Positions 8,706 to 18,158 of a DNA stretch of 64,000 nt are shown here, one piece after another; the first letter of the stretch is position 1; each line of letters starts with the position of its first letter. The notes below the pieces were generated by a model. That model was not told the origin of the DNA. It saw only the letters and a list, made by a program, of their open reading frames with translations, and ran no database searches. Source of the DNA: a virus (lineage: Duplodnaviria; Heunggongvirae; Uroviricota; Caudoviricetes); the IMG/VR virus record IMGVR_UViG_3300025121_000033; one strand, given 5' to 3'. The position numbers were made by a program, and so were the translations under genes.

Positions 8706-8840
8706 ATGTCAGGAAAAAAAAGTAAAAATAGGAAATCAAAATATGAGCGTCAGAAAAAGCGCACGGATGTCAACCGCGCCAATCGGCGCGCTCGGCATGA
8801 GAAGCGACTGGCAAAAAAGGTCGAAGAAAAATCTGTGTAA
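8706..8840 (+). CDS. Possible highly basic 44-aa peptide (MSGKKSKNRKSKYERQKKR...).
   Basis: Fills an intergenic gap in an otherwise gap-free arm. Confidence 0.25.
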   Translation: MSGKKSKNRKSKYERQKKRTDVNRANRRARHEKRLAKKVEEKSV

Positions 8841-8854
8841 TATAATTACTCATT

Positions 8855-9319
8855 ATGAAAATTAGTGAATCAAAGGGTAAGTTACGTGTCGGCGACTGGG
8901 TCAGGACAAATGGTAGCGACTGCGCTAGCAGCACTAGCTGTTTTGAAGGGGAGGTCGGTGAAATAATAGGTGACGGATTCTATGTTTTTCAAAACGAAAA
9001 ACAAGGCGATAAAGGAACTATCCAGCCGTCTTCTCTTGGATATAAATACAGCTGGGCAATTAAGTTTGAAAATCCAAATGAAATTGAAATTATTAAATCT
9101 AAAAATAATAATATGAGTTTAACAGAAAAATTAGCGTTAACATTAACTCCGGAGCCGTTTAAGACTTTCCGGAAACTTGGTATCACGAATGGTGATAACA
9201 TTTTGACTGATGATGGCGTAAAAGTGTATCTCTCTTGGCGCTTGGGTAAGGATGCGGGTGAATTTAAAAAAGACGTTTGCGATGAGATGTTGGCTGAGCA
9301 GGAGAAAGAAAAGAAATAA
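8855..9319 (+). CDS. Hypothetical protein (154 aa).
   Basis: ORF. Confidence 0.5.
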   Translation: MKISESKGKLRVGDWVRTNGSDCASSTSCFEGEVGEIIGDGFYVFQNEKQGDKGTIQPSSLGYKYSWAIKFENPNEIEIIKSKNNNMSLTEKLALTLTPEPFKTFRKLGITNGDNILTDDGVKVYLSWRLGKDAGEFKKDVCDEMLAEQEKEKK

Positions 9320-9377
9320 TTACATTCTCCGCTTAAACGCGGAGACACGTGAGGATAGTGTAACGATTAGCACGATA

Positions 9378-9406
9378 TTTACAAAATTACACATCTGTGT
9401 TATAAT
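9378..9406 (+). promoter_or_regulatory. Sigma70-type promoter: TTTACA (9378-9383), 17-nt spacer, TGTGtTATAAT (9396-9406). No DnaA box.
   Basis: Preceded by hairpin 9328-9346 (ctccgc-ttaaac-gcggag) and followed by gene 9438. Confidence 0.5.
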
Positions 9407-9437
9407 AACAATATAAAATAAATAATTTTTATATTGT

Positions 9438-9860
9438 ATGAAAGATAGAAGTAAATATTTCGCTAATTATTATAAAAAAGTCAGAGTACCAAAATTTGGT
9501 TTTAAGCCAAGAGTATGTGTTATACGGACTGGCTTAAAAGCGACTGACCCACTGTATAATACAACGCGGCATCGTTTGATGCGTTTAAAGGCGTTACAAA
9601 TGGTTAGTGGCGAAGAGACGCCGCGTTGTATAAATTGTGGTTGTAGCGAGTTTGGTTTATTACAAATAAACCATAAGAACGGTGGCGGGAGAAAAGAGTC
9701 CATGAATTTAAAAGGAGAAAACATGTATGCAGTAATCATGAGGGGAAAAAGAAAAGTTGATGATTTAGATATAAGATGTTCGGTTTGTAATATCCTGCAC
9801 TACGTTGGTTTAAAATTTGGGTTAGAAATGGAAAGAAGATTTACTATTAAATGGGAGTAG
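9438..9860 (+). CDS. HNH-family endonuclease-like protein (140 aa).
   Basis: CINCGCSEFGLLQINHKNGGG ... CSVCN. Confidence 0.45.
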   Translation: MKDRSKYFANYYKKVRVPKFGFKPRVCVIRTGLKATDPLYNTTRHRLMRLKALQMVSGEETPRCINCGCSEFGLLQINHKNGGGRKESMNLKGENMYAVIMRGKRKVDDLDIRCSVCNILHYVGLKFGLEMERRFTIKWE

Positions 9861-10070
9861 AGAGCCGTGAAATAATCAGACACAGTTTGATTCTGTGACC
9901 TCACTCAAGATTGAATATTTACTAAGCGGATGGCAGAAAATAATTGCGGGATAACGCGAGTGGTGCTCGCGGACACCTTACCCAAACTGCAAGGTGAGTG
10001 TAAAATGGGTCTGAAGGGCCCGATGGATCTGACACAATTCCTTGCTCCGCTTACTAAGTATTTAATTATT

Positions 10071-10412
10071 ATGAAAATTTTAAAAGTAGCATTCGACGTG
10101 GACGATTGCATTTTGATACCAAGCGTCGCAGCCCGTGGCTTAGACGTCCCAAACTATGAAACGATCGCAATGTTCAGTTGGTTTAAAAAACAGGGCTGTG
10201 ATATGATTATTTGGTCAGGCAGTGGCATTGACTGGGCGACGCGATGGGCCGAAAAACTGGGCTTAGAAGCACGGATAATCGCCAAAGGTAGCGAAGAGGT
10301 GGATTTAGCCTTCGACGATTGCGATGTGGATTTAGGCAAAGTAAATGTAAAAGTAAAGCGCGTTAATAACCAAATTTCGCGCGCGGAGTGGAATAAAAAA
10401 GATAAAAATTAA
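10071..10412 (+). CDS. HAD-like hydrolase fragment (DxDxC motif FDVDDCIL). The track ORF begins at 9930, but ATG 10071 is the preferred start.
   Basis: MKILKVAFDVDDCILIPS...WSGSG...FDDCDVD. The TAATTATTATG start context matches the other genes. Confidence 0.35.
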   Translation: MKILKVAFDVDDCILIPSVAARGLDVPNYETIAMFSWFKKQGCDMIIWSGSGIDWATRWAEKLGLEARIIAKGSEEVDLAFDDCDVDLGKVNVKVKRVNNQISRAEWNKKDKN

Positions 10413-10416
10413 TTAT

Positions 10417-10644
10417 ATGTTCCCAGAACAAAAAATAAAAAAGAGTTGGTTCGGTAAGAAAACGGAAAATTTTGGTTGGGAGGACCTTGGTGAAGTCGGC
10501 ATTGAGCTTAGTGTAGAAGGTGGCAAGACTATTAGATCGCAAGACAGTCATACTTACTGTAGCTTACCGCTGCATATCGGTAAAGAAAATGGCGAGCTGT
10601 TTAAATTCTGTCCACGGTGTATGATAAAAACGAAAAGTAAGTAG
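10417..10644 (+). CDS. Hypothetical protein (75 aa) with a C-terminal CPRC motif.
   Basis: ORF. Confidence 0.4.
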   Translation: MFPEQKIKKSWFGKKTENFGWEDLGEVGIELSVEGGKTIRSQDSHTYCSLPLHIGKENGELFKFCPRCMIKTKSK

Positions 10645-10683
10645 TTGTTCCATCTCGTCATTAGGCGGGGGAAATAAAAGTAT

Positions 10684-11235
10684 ATGAAGAAACCAATTTT
10701 AGTGGCAGTATTATTCACAATATCCTTACTACTTGTCTCGGTACTGGTGGCATTTTTACTAGTAGATAATGTTAACGCTGCACTACCATTCCGCCCGACC
10801 GGCGCAATCACCGCGCCAAGAACAACCGCGACTTACGACAGTTATTTCGGAGAATTAAAAACCGACAATCAGTATATTACGCTCGCCGGACTGGAAACTT
10901 ACGCCAAATTGCCGGCCGTTTTGGGCCAAGCCGTTAATTTTTCTTACGGCGACAACGAATTGGTGGCCAATTTAGGCGCGAATGGCAAATATCACGCTTT
11001 GGTGGCCGGTTCAATTTCTGCCTATTCTTCGGCAACATACCAAGTGGCCGTTATGAAAAATGGTACGGTGGCTTGCGAAACTGCGGTAAAATTATCAGCC
11101 AATGAAATTAAACCTTTTCCAGTGTCTTGCGTGCTGACGATCACAGCCGGCGATTTGATTTCTGTTTCGGTGAAAAGCAGTACTGGTATTGTTAACCCAA
11201 CTGTGAGCAGTAATTTAGTTTTAAAGAGAATTTAA
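10684..11235 (+). CDS. Secreted or membrane-anchored hypothetical protein (183 aa). Its GC content is locally elevated.
   Basis: N-terminal signal or transmembrane segment. Confidence 0.5.
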   Translation: MKKPILVAVLFTISLLLVSVLVAFLLVDNVNAALPFRPTGAITAPRTTATYDSYFGELKTDNQYITLAGLETYAKLPAVLGQAVNFSYGDNELVANLGANGKYHALVAGSISAYSSATYQVAVMKNGTVACETAVKLSANEIKPFPVSCVLTITAGDLISVSVKSSTGIVNPTVSSNLVLKRI

Positions 11236-11236
11236 T

Positions 11237-11635
11237 ATGCGTGAAATTAAATTTAGAGTTTGGTGCCATATTGCGAAGAAAATGGGTTATTCCTTAAATA
11301 TAAGGACTAAGGCGAAAAGTTTTTGGCATTGGATAGAACGTGATGTGATGGGGAGTTCTGCTTATGAGATAATGCAATTCACCGGTTTATTTGATAAAAA
11401 CGGCAAGGAAATTTTTGAAGGTGATATTATAGAATGTTGGCACGAGGGCGATTTTAATGCCACAAGACAGACTTGTCATGTTAGTTATGGTGATGGATTT
11501 TGGCAATTAGATTTTGGCTCGCAAACATTTCCATTCGGCGATGAAAAATTTAGTGAGTTCGAAGTCATCGGCAACATCTACGAAAACCCAGAACTTCTTA
11601 ATTCTGCATATGAAAATGACAAAACGGGAGCGTAG
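11237..11635 (+). CDS. YopX-family phage protein.
   Basis: KFRVW...QFTGLFDKNGKEIFEGDII...EVIGNIYENPELL is the YopX signature. Confidence 0.6.
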   Translation: MREIKFRVWCHIAKKMGYSLNIRTKAKSFWHWIERDVMGSSAYEIMQFTGLFDKNGKEIFEGDIIECWHEGDFNATRQTCHVSYGDGFWQLDFGSQTFPFGDEKFSEFEVIGNIYENPELLNSAYENDKTGA

Positions 11636-11737
11636 AGGCCAAAAAGAATACGGCAAAATTTTTGAAAAGCGAAAAAGATGTGGCCACAAATTTGCCTTTC
11701 AAAGTTGTGTGCGGTGTGATAAAAAATTAAATAAACT

Positions 11738-11995
11738 ATGAAACCTTCTCTCCAAAAACAAATAGACAATCTTAAAAAAGATATCAAAGCGATGAAAATT
11801 GAAATCGCTGTTCTACAAGCATTGGCCACTGGCGGTGCGAAGAGTAATGTTATTTATGCTTTACCAACTCCTTTTCATCCGACGGTAACCGGAAACCAAG
11901 GCGGTCAAGTAGCAGTTATAAGCACTCGCCCTCGTCGCCTTGACACGAGTATCTACGGCTCCGCAGGTGGAAACGGGGTAAACACTAAAGTATGA
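11738..11995 (+). CDS. Hypothetical protein (85 aa).
   Basis: ORF. Confidence 0.4.
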   Translation: MKPSLQKQIDNLKKDIKAMKIEIAVLQALATGGAKSNVIYALPTPFHPTVTGNQGGQVAVISTRPRRLDTSIYGSAGGNGVNTKV

Positions 11996-12201
11996 TATAC
12001 AAAATCATCTACAAATTATTAAAATTCTTTAAGATAATTTATGTCCCAGCGAGAACGATTCTCGAATTGGAACAGGATTTGAATTGTAATTGGCTTTTTA
12101 ATGACGGGGTGATAGACGCCAATGGCCACAGGATAACGGTTAAATTTACGCTGTTAAACAGTGGCACAATTTACCAAGACCAATATGGCTCTAAAGTATA
12201 A
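11992..12201 (+). CDS. Hypothetical protein (69 aa).
   Basis: ORF. Confidence 0.35.
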   Translation: MIYKIIYKLLKFFKIIYVPARTILELEQDLNCNWLFNDGVIDANGHRITVKFTLLNSGTIYQDQYGSKV

Positions 12202-12508
12202 AAAATTAAAATGTAAATGTGGTAAGCTGATGCCAAAATTACCGGAGAACTGCGCGAAATGCGGTCAGTCTAATATCGGCAACAGAAAGGTTGAGGTTGT
12301 GTGGTTGAATACAATGGTCTGCCACGGCGATACTACACATCCGCTTGGCGCGAAATGCTCATTCTGCGACCGCGTTAAGAAGGAATTTGATGACTCTGTA
12401 TCCGTTCACGGCACAATCGCTCACGGCACAATCGGTGGCTGGAAAATTTGTAAATGTAAAAAAGGTAAATGCCCATATGACTCCAATGCTACAAAAATTC
12501 GTGAATGA
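12185..12508 (+). CDS. Cys-rich zinc-binding protein (start trimmed to ATG 12185).
   Basis: Multiple CxxC pairs. Confidence 0.4.
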   Translation: MALKYKKLKCKCGKLMPKLPENCAKCGQSNIGNRKVEVVWLNTMVCHGDTTHPLGAKCSFCDRVKKEFDDSVSVHGTIAHGTIGGWKICKCKKGKCPYDSNATKIRE

Positions 12509-12686
12509 ACTTTATCAACACTCACGCTTGCTGCGCTTTTACGCGCGCTTAAAAAACCAATTCCGAATCCACGGCAGTTGGGCCCCAGCGCATTTTATAA
12601 TCAAGATGGCTTGGCAACAGTCGAAGTGGAAGTACGGCGAAAAAGTGTTTAAAGATATCGAAGTAGTTAATATAAAAGATTTATAA
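12477..12686 (+). CDS. Hypothetical protein (internal start of track ORF 12345).
   Basis: An in-frame ATG gives a compact, non-overlapping arrangement. Confidence 0.3.
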   Translation: MTPMLQKFVNELYQHSRLLRFYARLKNQFRIHGSWAPAHFIIKMAWQQSKWKYGEKVFKDIEVVNIKDL

Positions 12687-12690
12687 ACAT

Positions 12691-12873
12691 ATGCAAATTA
12701 CACAAAAAATGAAGACGGTTTACGAGTTTGAAGAACACGAATACAGAGCGCTTAAAAAATGCGTTGAGTACGCGTACCACAGGATGACCACTGAGCCGGA
12801 AAGCGGAATAAATTACGCGTTTAAAGACAAGAGAGATTTAGAGAGGCTTAACAAGGAGTTTAAAAAAAGCTAG
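12691..12873 (+). CDS. Hypothetical protein (60 aa).
   Basis: ORF. Confidence 0.35.
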   Translation: MQITQKMKTVYEFEEHEYRALKKCVEYAYHRMTTEPESGINYAFKDKRDLERLNKEFKKS

Positions 12874-12880
12874 TTAATTT

Positions 12881-13315
12881 ATGCCATTAATTGCTCCACA
12901 CCAAATAAAAAGCCGAAAATGCACTGAAGCTGATATAGACCGTATTAAAAAAGATGCGCGCGAAATGATTTCGCTTTGCCATCAAAAACACGGAATGTAT
13001 CCTGGAGGCGAGGCGGTAGCCCACTCTCAGATCACGAACGAAGACCCTCTGCGTTTCTTCGTGACAAAAGCCGGGGATATAATTATTAATCCACGGATTA
13101 TAAATCACGGTGAAGCCGTTGCTAATAGTCCGGAAGGATGTTTATCTATGACACACATGCCGCCGCGGTTAATGAAGAGGTGGAAGAAGTGTACAGTGCG
13201 TTTCCAAGTGATTGACGGCAGTAAGTTTAAAGATGTGGAAGAAGAAGTGTCGGGGCATCTCGCTAACATTTTTCAGCACGAAATCCAACACTTTTTCGGA
13301 AAGTACGTCTACTAA
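12881..13315 (+). CDS. def: Peptide deformylase.
   Basis: The three peptide-deformylase motifs are present: GGEAVAHSQI (motif 1, G-x-G-x-A-A-x-Q-like), EGCLS (motif 2), QHEIQHFFG (motif 3, HExxH). Confidence 0.75.
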   Translation: MPLIAPHQIKSRKCTEADIDRIKKDAREMISLCHQKHGMYPGGEAVAHSQITNEDPLRFFVTKAGDIIINPRIINHGEAVANSPEGCLSMTHMPPRLMKRWKKCTVRFQVIDGSKFKDVEEEVSGHLANIFQHEIQHFFGKYVY

Positions 13316-13319
13316 TTTT

Positions 13320-13550
13320 ATGCCAAGTGTAAAAAATAAAGCATTAAAAATAAATTGCGACTGCGCGGGTGGCCCAAAGTTTTGCGGCTATATTAGAATT
13401 TACAATTTCGGCGACAATGATTTAGACATCGCAGTCTTTGATAAGCAGGATAAGAAATGGCATGGCGTTTATTTAGAAGAAAAATCCGTTAAGAAACTAA
13501 AAACATGGCTCAAAACAAATCCGTCTAATTATAGAAATTTTAAAAAATAA
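13320..13550 (+). CDS. Hypothetical protein (internal start of track ORF 13212).
   Basis: ATG placed in a TAATTTTATG junction. Confidence 0.35.
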   Translation: MPSVKNKALKINCDCAGGPKFCGYIRIYNFGDNDLDIAVFDKQDKKWHGVYLEEKSVKKLKTWLKTNPSNYRNFKK

Positions 13551-13554
13551 TTAT

Positions 13555-13902
13555 ATGATTCATTTTGAACGCATAATGGTTAAAGAAATAGTGGTAGATG
13601 TAACGCCGGAAGACATGGACGGCCAATTGTTATATAAAATGGTTTTTAAACATAAATTTCGCCCAGGGATAGGCGTATCTCCAGAAACAACAGAATTATA
13701 CGTATCTAAAACGTCAAGGGATACGCCAATAAAATGGTTTTTAGCCGATGATAAAGATGTGTTTAAAATAAAATCAGCATTTAGCGCACGCGACACAGAC
13801 AAAAATATACAGAGGGAGCTCCCTATATTTGATGTATGGCAGGGAACACTGAAAGTCGCGCTTAAAAATAATGGGATATTCGAAAGTATAAAATTAATTT
13901 AA
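13555..13902 (+). CDS. Hypothetical protein (115 aa).
   Basis: ORF. Confidence 0.45.
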   Translation: MIHFERIMVKEIVVDVTPEDMDGQLLYKMVFKHKFRPGIGVSPETTELYVSKTSRDTPIKWFLADDKDVFKIKSAFSARDTDKNIQRELPIFDVWQGTLKVALKNNGIFESIKLI

Positions 13903-13904
13903 TT

Positions 13905-15890
13905 ATGTTCGGCACCGCAGACTTCCTCAAACAATTTAAAGATTTCTGCATTCAGACTTTTGATGACCGTGAATTCAATGAGAAGAAAGACCCTTCTCTT
14001 ATTACGGTTGGGCCACCGCGCAATTATGATTTGAATAAATTACAGAAACTGAATAGCGCTGGCGCCGGGATATTCTTCACGGTGAACCAATTCCCCGGTG
14101 GCAAGCGTTCTAAGGAACTATGCGCCGGTGTGAACGCCTGGTTTAGCGAATGCGACACGCTCTCAATCGAACAGCAAATGGATATGCTTCTAAAGTGCCC
14201 ACTGATACCGTCCATGATCGTGCGTAGTAAGAAAAGCTTACACGCCTATTGGATGGCCAAAGACGGTACTGAGAAAAACTTTGTGCGCATCCAACAGGGA
14301 TTAATCAAATACTTCCAAGGCGATCCAGCGATGAAAGACATTTCGCGTGTTCTTAGAATCCCCGGATACTACCACAACAAAACAGCCGAGCCATTCATGG
14401 TTGAAATAATCCATGTTGCTGAAGGATTGGCGTATACTGAAAAAGAAATGATGGAAGCGTTTCCTTGGGAAGCGCCGGTTGACAGTGTACAGTCAACTGT
14501 CAACTCTAAACCATTCTCTAATGCCGGAGCGGATATTACTTTCTGGGACGCGATTAGTCGTGTCAGTAATAAAGAAGCGCTGACGCGTATGTCTGGTAGC
14601 GCGATTGTTAATAGCGACATCTTATCTTTCCGAAAACGCGCGACAGGCGGAGAGTATATTGATGTAAACGGTAAGCCGGCTGATGCTTGGCTTGACGGTA
14701 ACGGTGCTATTGGTAGCGGTAAAGGCGGAGGCCCAACGTGGATACAGTGGCTGGGCTTTTACGGCTGGAATAAATCTGACATCGCAAAGTGGGCGAAAGA
14801 CAATTTGGCTGACTTAATACCAACGCATTTAGTTGAAGATAGGCGCGCAGTGACATTCTCACGCTACCAGCCGCCACTAAAAAAAACTGAAAATGCGGTT
14901 GGGAACTTTAAGATTGATGTCACTACCGCCAAAGACCATGTTAAGAGTGTCACTGACTCCTTCTTAACTCCGCCTTCGCCATTTACTTGGGGCACAACTG
15001 AGTTGGATAAGATTATGCCAGCGGTTGAAGAGGGGCATTATGCGATCATATTTGGTCAACAGGGAAGTGGCAAGACTACATTCGCTTTTAACATGGCGAT
15101 GGAGAATGCAAAAAAGGTTCCGAATGTTTTTTTCTTAACGCTTGAAATGAGTAAAGATCAGTTGTTGCGCCGTTACGCGCGTGATCGCGCTGGTGTCACA
15201 AAAGAGCAATATCGTAATAGAAATTTTGATACCACCATTGCTGAACAGTTCTTAAAAGATTTAGGAGATTTAAAACTGGTCGGCATCGACAAAGGCGAAC
15301 TTTACGACGTAAAGAAGTTGGAAGAAATGATTACTACGTTCGGCGTTAAGATGTTGTATATAGACAACTTAAATAAAGTCAAAGGAGCTGGCAAAAACGA
15401 ATTAGAACAGACCCAAGGTGTTTCTGAAGGGATCTTAAATCTTACGAGACAATACAAGATACCGATTGTGCTAATCCATCACGCTAACAAACCGTTAAAC
15501 GAACGAGCGAGTAAGGAAACAACCGAAGTGCCTAAACACGCGAAATTCCGTGGCATGTCTGGGATGCGCGGGACTAATAAAACTGCTGATGATGCTGATA
15601 TAATCGTTGAGTGCGCGCGTAACATAGTAGAAAAATCACAAGCGCCGATTCTGATGGCGGATGACATGCGGCAATCAGCGATGACTTCATTGTCAGTTTA
15701 TAAAGACCGTGAATTTGACTCGCGCTTTACTACTAATGTATTCTACTACCGTGGGAATTTCTACGATAATTGGGAGGTGCCGAAGATGATCGCGCATAAA
15801 GATATGATTAATAAATCAAACCAAATCAACCAAGCGAACATCGACGCGCAGAAAATCGCGGATGAGTTTGGTGGGGAAGTTGTAAATTAA
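13905..15890 (+). CDS. Primase (AEP / prim-pol-like N-terminus) fused to a DnaB-family replicative helicase.
   Basis: N-terminus has KSLHAYW and RVLRIPGYYHNK. C-terminus has Walker A GQQGSGKTTFAFNMA, then LEMS, LYIDNLNK and IVLIHHANK. Confidence 0.7.
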   Translation: MFGTADFLKQFKDFCIQTFDDREFNEKKDPSLITVGPPRNYDLNKLQKLNSAGAGIFFTVNQFPGGKRSKELCAGVNAWFSECDTLSIEQQMDMLLKCPLIPSMIVRSKKSLHAYWMAKDGTEKNFVRIQQGLIKYFQGDPAMKDISRVLRIPGYYHNKTAEPFMVEIIHVAEGLAYTEKEMMEAFPWEAPVDSVQSTVNSKPFSNAGADITFWDAISRVSNKEALTRMSGSAIVNSDILSFRKRATGGEYIDVNGKPADAWLDGNGAIGSGKGGGPTWIQWLGFYGWNKSDIAKWAKDNLADLIPTHLVEDRRAVTFSRYQPPLKKTENAVGNFKIDVTTAKDHVKSVTDSFLTPPSPFTWGTTELDKIMPAVEEGHYAIIFGQQGSGKTTFAFNMAMENAKKVPNVFFLTLEMSKDQLLRRYARDRAGVTKEQYRNRNFDTTIAEQFLKDLGDLKLVGIDKGELYDVKKLEEMITTFGVKMLYIDNLNKVKGAGKNELEQTQGVSEGILNLTRQYKIPIVLIHHANKPLNERASKETTEVPKHAKFRGMSGMRGTNKTADDADIIVECARNIVEKSQAPILMADDMRQSAMTSLSVYKDREFDSRFTTNVFYYRGNFYDNWEVPKMIAHKDMINKSNQINQANIDAQKIADEFGGEVVN

Positions 15891-15896
15891 AATTAT

Positions 15897-16031
15897 ATGC
15901 CACTTGACTATTCGTATTGCGAAATTTGTTTTGCTAAAATCCAGATGAATCAGGGCCACGCTTCGTGGTGCAAATACTACACCCCGCCGGTGAGCTTCGA
16001 AGATTTATTCCCCGGCATAAACAAAAAATAA
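15897..16031 (+). CDS. Possible 44-aa zinc-ribbon peptide (CEICF...WCKYY).
   Basis: Fills the gap exactly. Confidence 0.25.
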   Translation: MPLDYSYCEICFAKIQMNQGHASWCKYYTPPVSFEDLFPGINKK

Positions 16032-16032
16032 T

Positions 16033-16398
16033 ATGTTAGAAACCATTTGCGTCTGGCTTTGCGCTACTACCTCTAGTATTCGGCTAGAGGCGGTGGCCGC
16101 GCCAGCACCGGTAGTGTTAGAAGAGCGCGTCATGCGTATCACTTACTACACTTGGACCGGTAACAAAACCGCCAGCGGCAAATGGCCGAAGTTAGGGATG
16201 GTGGCGTCAAGCGACAGAAAGATAAAATTCGGCACAAAGATTTTGGTTGATGGGCTGGGTGAATTCACGGTTGAAGATAGAACAGCTAAGTGGGTGCACC
16301 GCGACCGAGGCGACACTGTTGATATTTATGTCGACAACAGTGATAAGATTATGCCAGTGCTCGGTATGGTTTATAGAAATGTTAAAATATTAAAGTAG
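16033..16398 (+). CDS. 3D-domain (MltA/YuiC-like, cell-wall-associated) protein with an N-terminal signal sequence.
   Basis: GMVASSDRKIKFGTKILVDGLGEFTVEDRTAKWVHRDRGDTVDIYVD shows the three conserved Asp residues of the 3D domain. Confidence 0.55.
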   Translation: MLETICVWLCATTSSIRLEAVAAPAPVVLEERVMRITYYTWTGNKTASGKWPKLGMVASSDRKIKFGTKILVDGLGEFTVEDRTAKWVHRDRGDTVDIYVDNSDKIMPVLGMVYRNVKILK

Positions 16399-16399
16399 T

Positions 16400-16696
16400 A
16401 TGTTTGATAGACACTTCGACAAACACGCAGGGTGGCTAAGCTTTATTTCTGGTGCCGGGTTTGAAAGAGCTGTTGAAGTCATCGAGACGCTGAAAAGAGA
16501 GATGAGCCGTTCTTTAAGAAAGAGTGGTAAAGATAAAGCGTGGTTGATTAGAGCTATAAGATTGGAGCATCTGCAAATCAGAAAGCACCAAAAGATAGCG
16601 ATGAAATACCTCCAACAGTTGGAAGATAAATTACTTGACGATGAAGTAAAAGAAGAGTTGCGGAGAAACTTTAAAGACACTTATAAAGTAAAATGA
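16400..16696 (+). CDS. Hypothetical protein (98 aa).
   Basis: ORF. Confidence 0.45.
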   Translation: MFDRHFDKHAGWLSFISGAGFERAVEVIETLKREMSRSLRKSGKDKAWLIRAIRLEHLQIRKHQKIAMKYLQQLEDKLLDDEVKEELRRNFKDTYKVK

Positions 16697-16697
16697 T

Positions 16698-16934
16698 ATG
16701 GCTAATCAAGATAACTTAAGAGCCGCAATGGAAGAAATGGGAATTGAACCTGCGAAAATTGATGAGATTCTGGCTTCTGTTTCTGACGAAGAAGCGGCCG
16801 CGAAAGCCAATCTTAATCCGGATGATTATAAGGCGATGATAGAGACTTTACGCTTAGCTTCTTATAGAGAGACGGATTGGCGTAAAAAAGCCGCGATTGC
16901 CGCTCGAATTATTAGCCTTGGTTTGGACGAATAG
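16698..16934 (+). CDS. Hypothetical protein (78 aa).
   Basis: ORF. Confidence 0.45.
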   Translation: MANQDNLRAAMEEMGIEPAKIDEILASVSDEEAAAKANLNPDDYKAMIETLRLASYRETDWRKKAAIAARIISLGLDE

Positions 16935-16981
16935 TTATCCACAGCTTGACACTTGACAAGTGAGCAAAAGTATGGTATAAT
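16935..16981 (+). promoter_or_regulatory. Consensus promoter copy 3: box 16935-16943, TTGACA 16953-16958, 17-nt spacer, TGgTATAAT 16973-16981.
   Basis: Exact match to the promoter family. Confidence 0.7.
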
Positions 16982-17114
16982 ATATGTACGCTAAAATAAG
17001 AAATTGAGAGAGGATTTTTGGATAAATCCTTGAATAAATTAGTGGTGGGTTATTTTTGGGAGGATATCTGAGGAGATACGCCCTCGGACTCCTCTCTCAG
17101 TTTCTAATAAAATT

Positions 17115-18149
17115 ATGGTTGATACTAAAAAAGACAAGATTGAAGAGGCGGTTAAGCTCCTTAATAAAAAATACGGCGCTAAAACGATTATCAAGATGGC
17201 GAGTATTGATAAGATTAAAGTTGAAGCGATTCCGACTGGTAGTTACTCTTTAGACAGAGTATTCGGCTGCGGGGGTATACCGCGAGGGCGGATAGTGGAA
17301 ATGCACGGGAATGAGGGATCTGGCAAGAGCACGTTAGCGCTTTTCATCGCGAGTCAAGTCCAGAAGAAAGGCGGTAATGTTTGTTGGATTGACGCTGAAC
17401 ATGCCTTTGATGCTGATTACGCTAAAAAGATTGGCGTAAATTCTAAACAGCTTTTCTTGTCTCAACCAGTCTATGGGGAAGAAGCGCTCGATATTGTGGA
17501 TAAGATGGCTCTTTCGTCTGATATTGATTTAATTGTACTCGATTCGGTGGCGGCTTTAGTGCCAAAACGCGAGTTTGAGGGTAATCTGACTGACAATGAG
17601 ATGGCGCAAGGCGCCAGGATGATGTCTAAAGCCATGAGGATGCTCTCTGGTAACATTTCGCGCACTAAAACGGCAGTTCTGTTTATCAACCAATTACGAG
17701 AGAAAATAGGGGTATATTGGGGCAATAAGAACACTACGCCGGGTGGAAAGGCTCTTAAATTCTTCGCTTCAGTGCGAATAGAGGTTAAGAAAGGCCGTTC
17801 GATCAAAGAGGGCGAAGAAGTAGTGGGTAATAAGATTATCTTTTGCGCTGTGAAGAACAAGGTAGGCATGCCGTTCCGGATGGGTCAATTAGACTTAATT
17901 TACGGAGTAGGTGTGGATATCTTTGGGGATATCTTGGACTCAGCTGTGGATATCGGTATTATTTCTTTGGAAAAGACCAATTATCTTTATGGAGTAGAGC
18001 CACTGGGGGCAAGCAGGCTAAAAGCAATTGAGCGCCTGCGCTCTGACTCAAAGATAATGTTAAAAATAATTGAAGAATTAAAGAACGCGCCATATGCCAA
18101 AAGTATTGAAACCGAAACCCAAGGAGAAGGTGAAAGCCCAGAAATTTAA
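17115..18149 (+). CDS. recA: RecA recombinase.
   Basis: GIPRGRIVEMHGNEGSGKSTLAL...WIDAEHAFD...LIVLDSVAAL are canonical RecA motifs. Confidence 0.9.
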   Translation: MVDTKKDKIEEAVKLLNKKYGAKTIIKMASIDKIKVEAIPTGSYSLDRVFGCGGIPRGRIVEMHGNEGSGKSTLALFIASQVQKKGGNVCWIDAEHAFDADYAKKIGVNSKQLFLSQPVYGEEALDIVDKMALSSDIDLIVLDSVAALVPKREFEGNLTDNEMAQGARMMSKAMRMLSGNISRTKTAVLFINQLREKIGVYWGNKNTTPGGKALKFFASVRIEVKKGRSIKEGEEVVGNKIIFCAVKNKVGMPFRMGQLDLIYGVGVDIFGDILDSAVDIGIISLEKTNYLYGVEPLGASRLKAIERLRSDSKIMLKIIEELKNAPYAKSIETETQGEGESPEI

Positions 18150-18158
18150 GTGTAGAGT

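Noticed and set aside
9930-10070. N-terminal extension of the HAD-like ORF.
   Set aside because: The upstream ATG has no typical context, and the HAD motif I lies right after the ATG at 10071. Left open as a finding rather than asserted.
17056-17253. 65-aa ORF overlapping the recA leader and start.
   Set aside because: It lies in the recA 5' UTR and N-terminus in a different frame, with no start context. It is superseded by recA.
17915-17960. Two TGTGGATAT (rc ATATCCACA) DnaA-box-like 9-mers inside recA.
   Set aside because: They encode the repeated peptide VDI(F/G). They have no associated -35/-10 and are an 8/9 rather than 9/9 match. Most likely coincidental.
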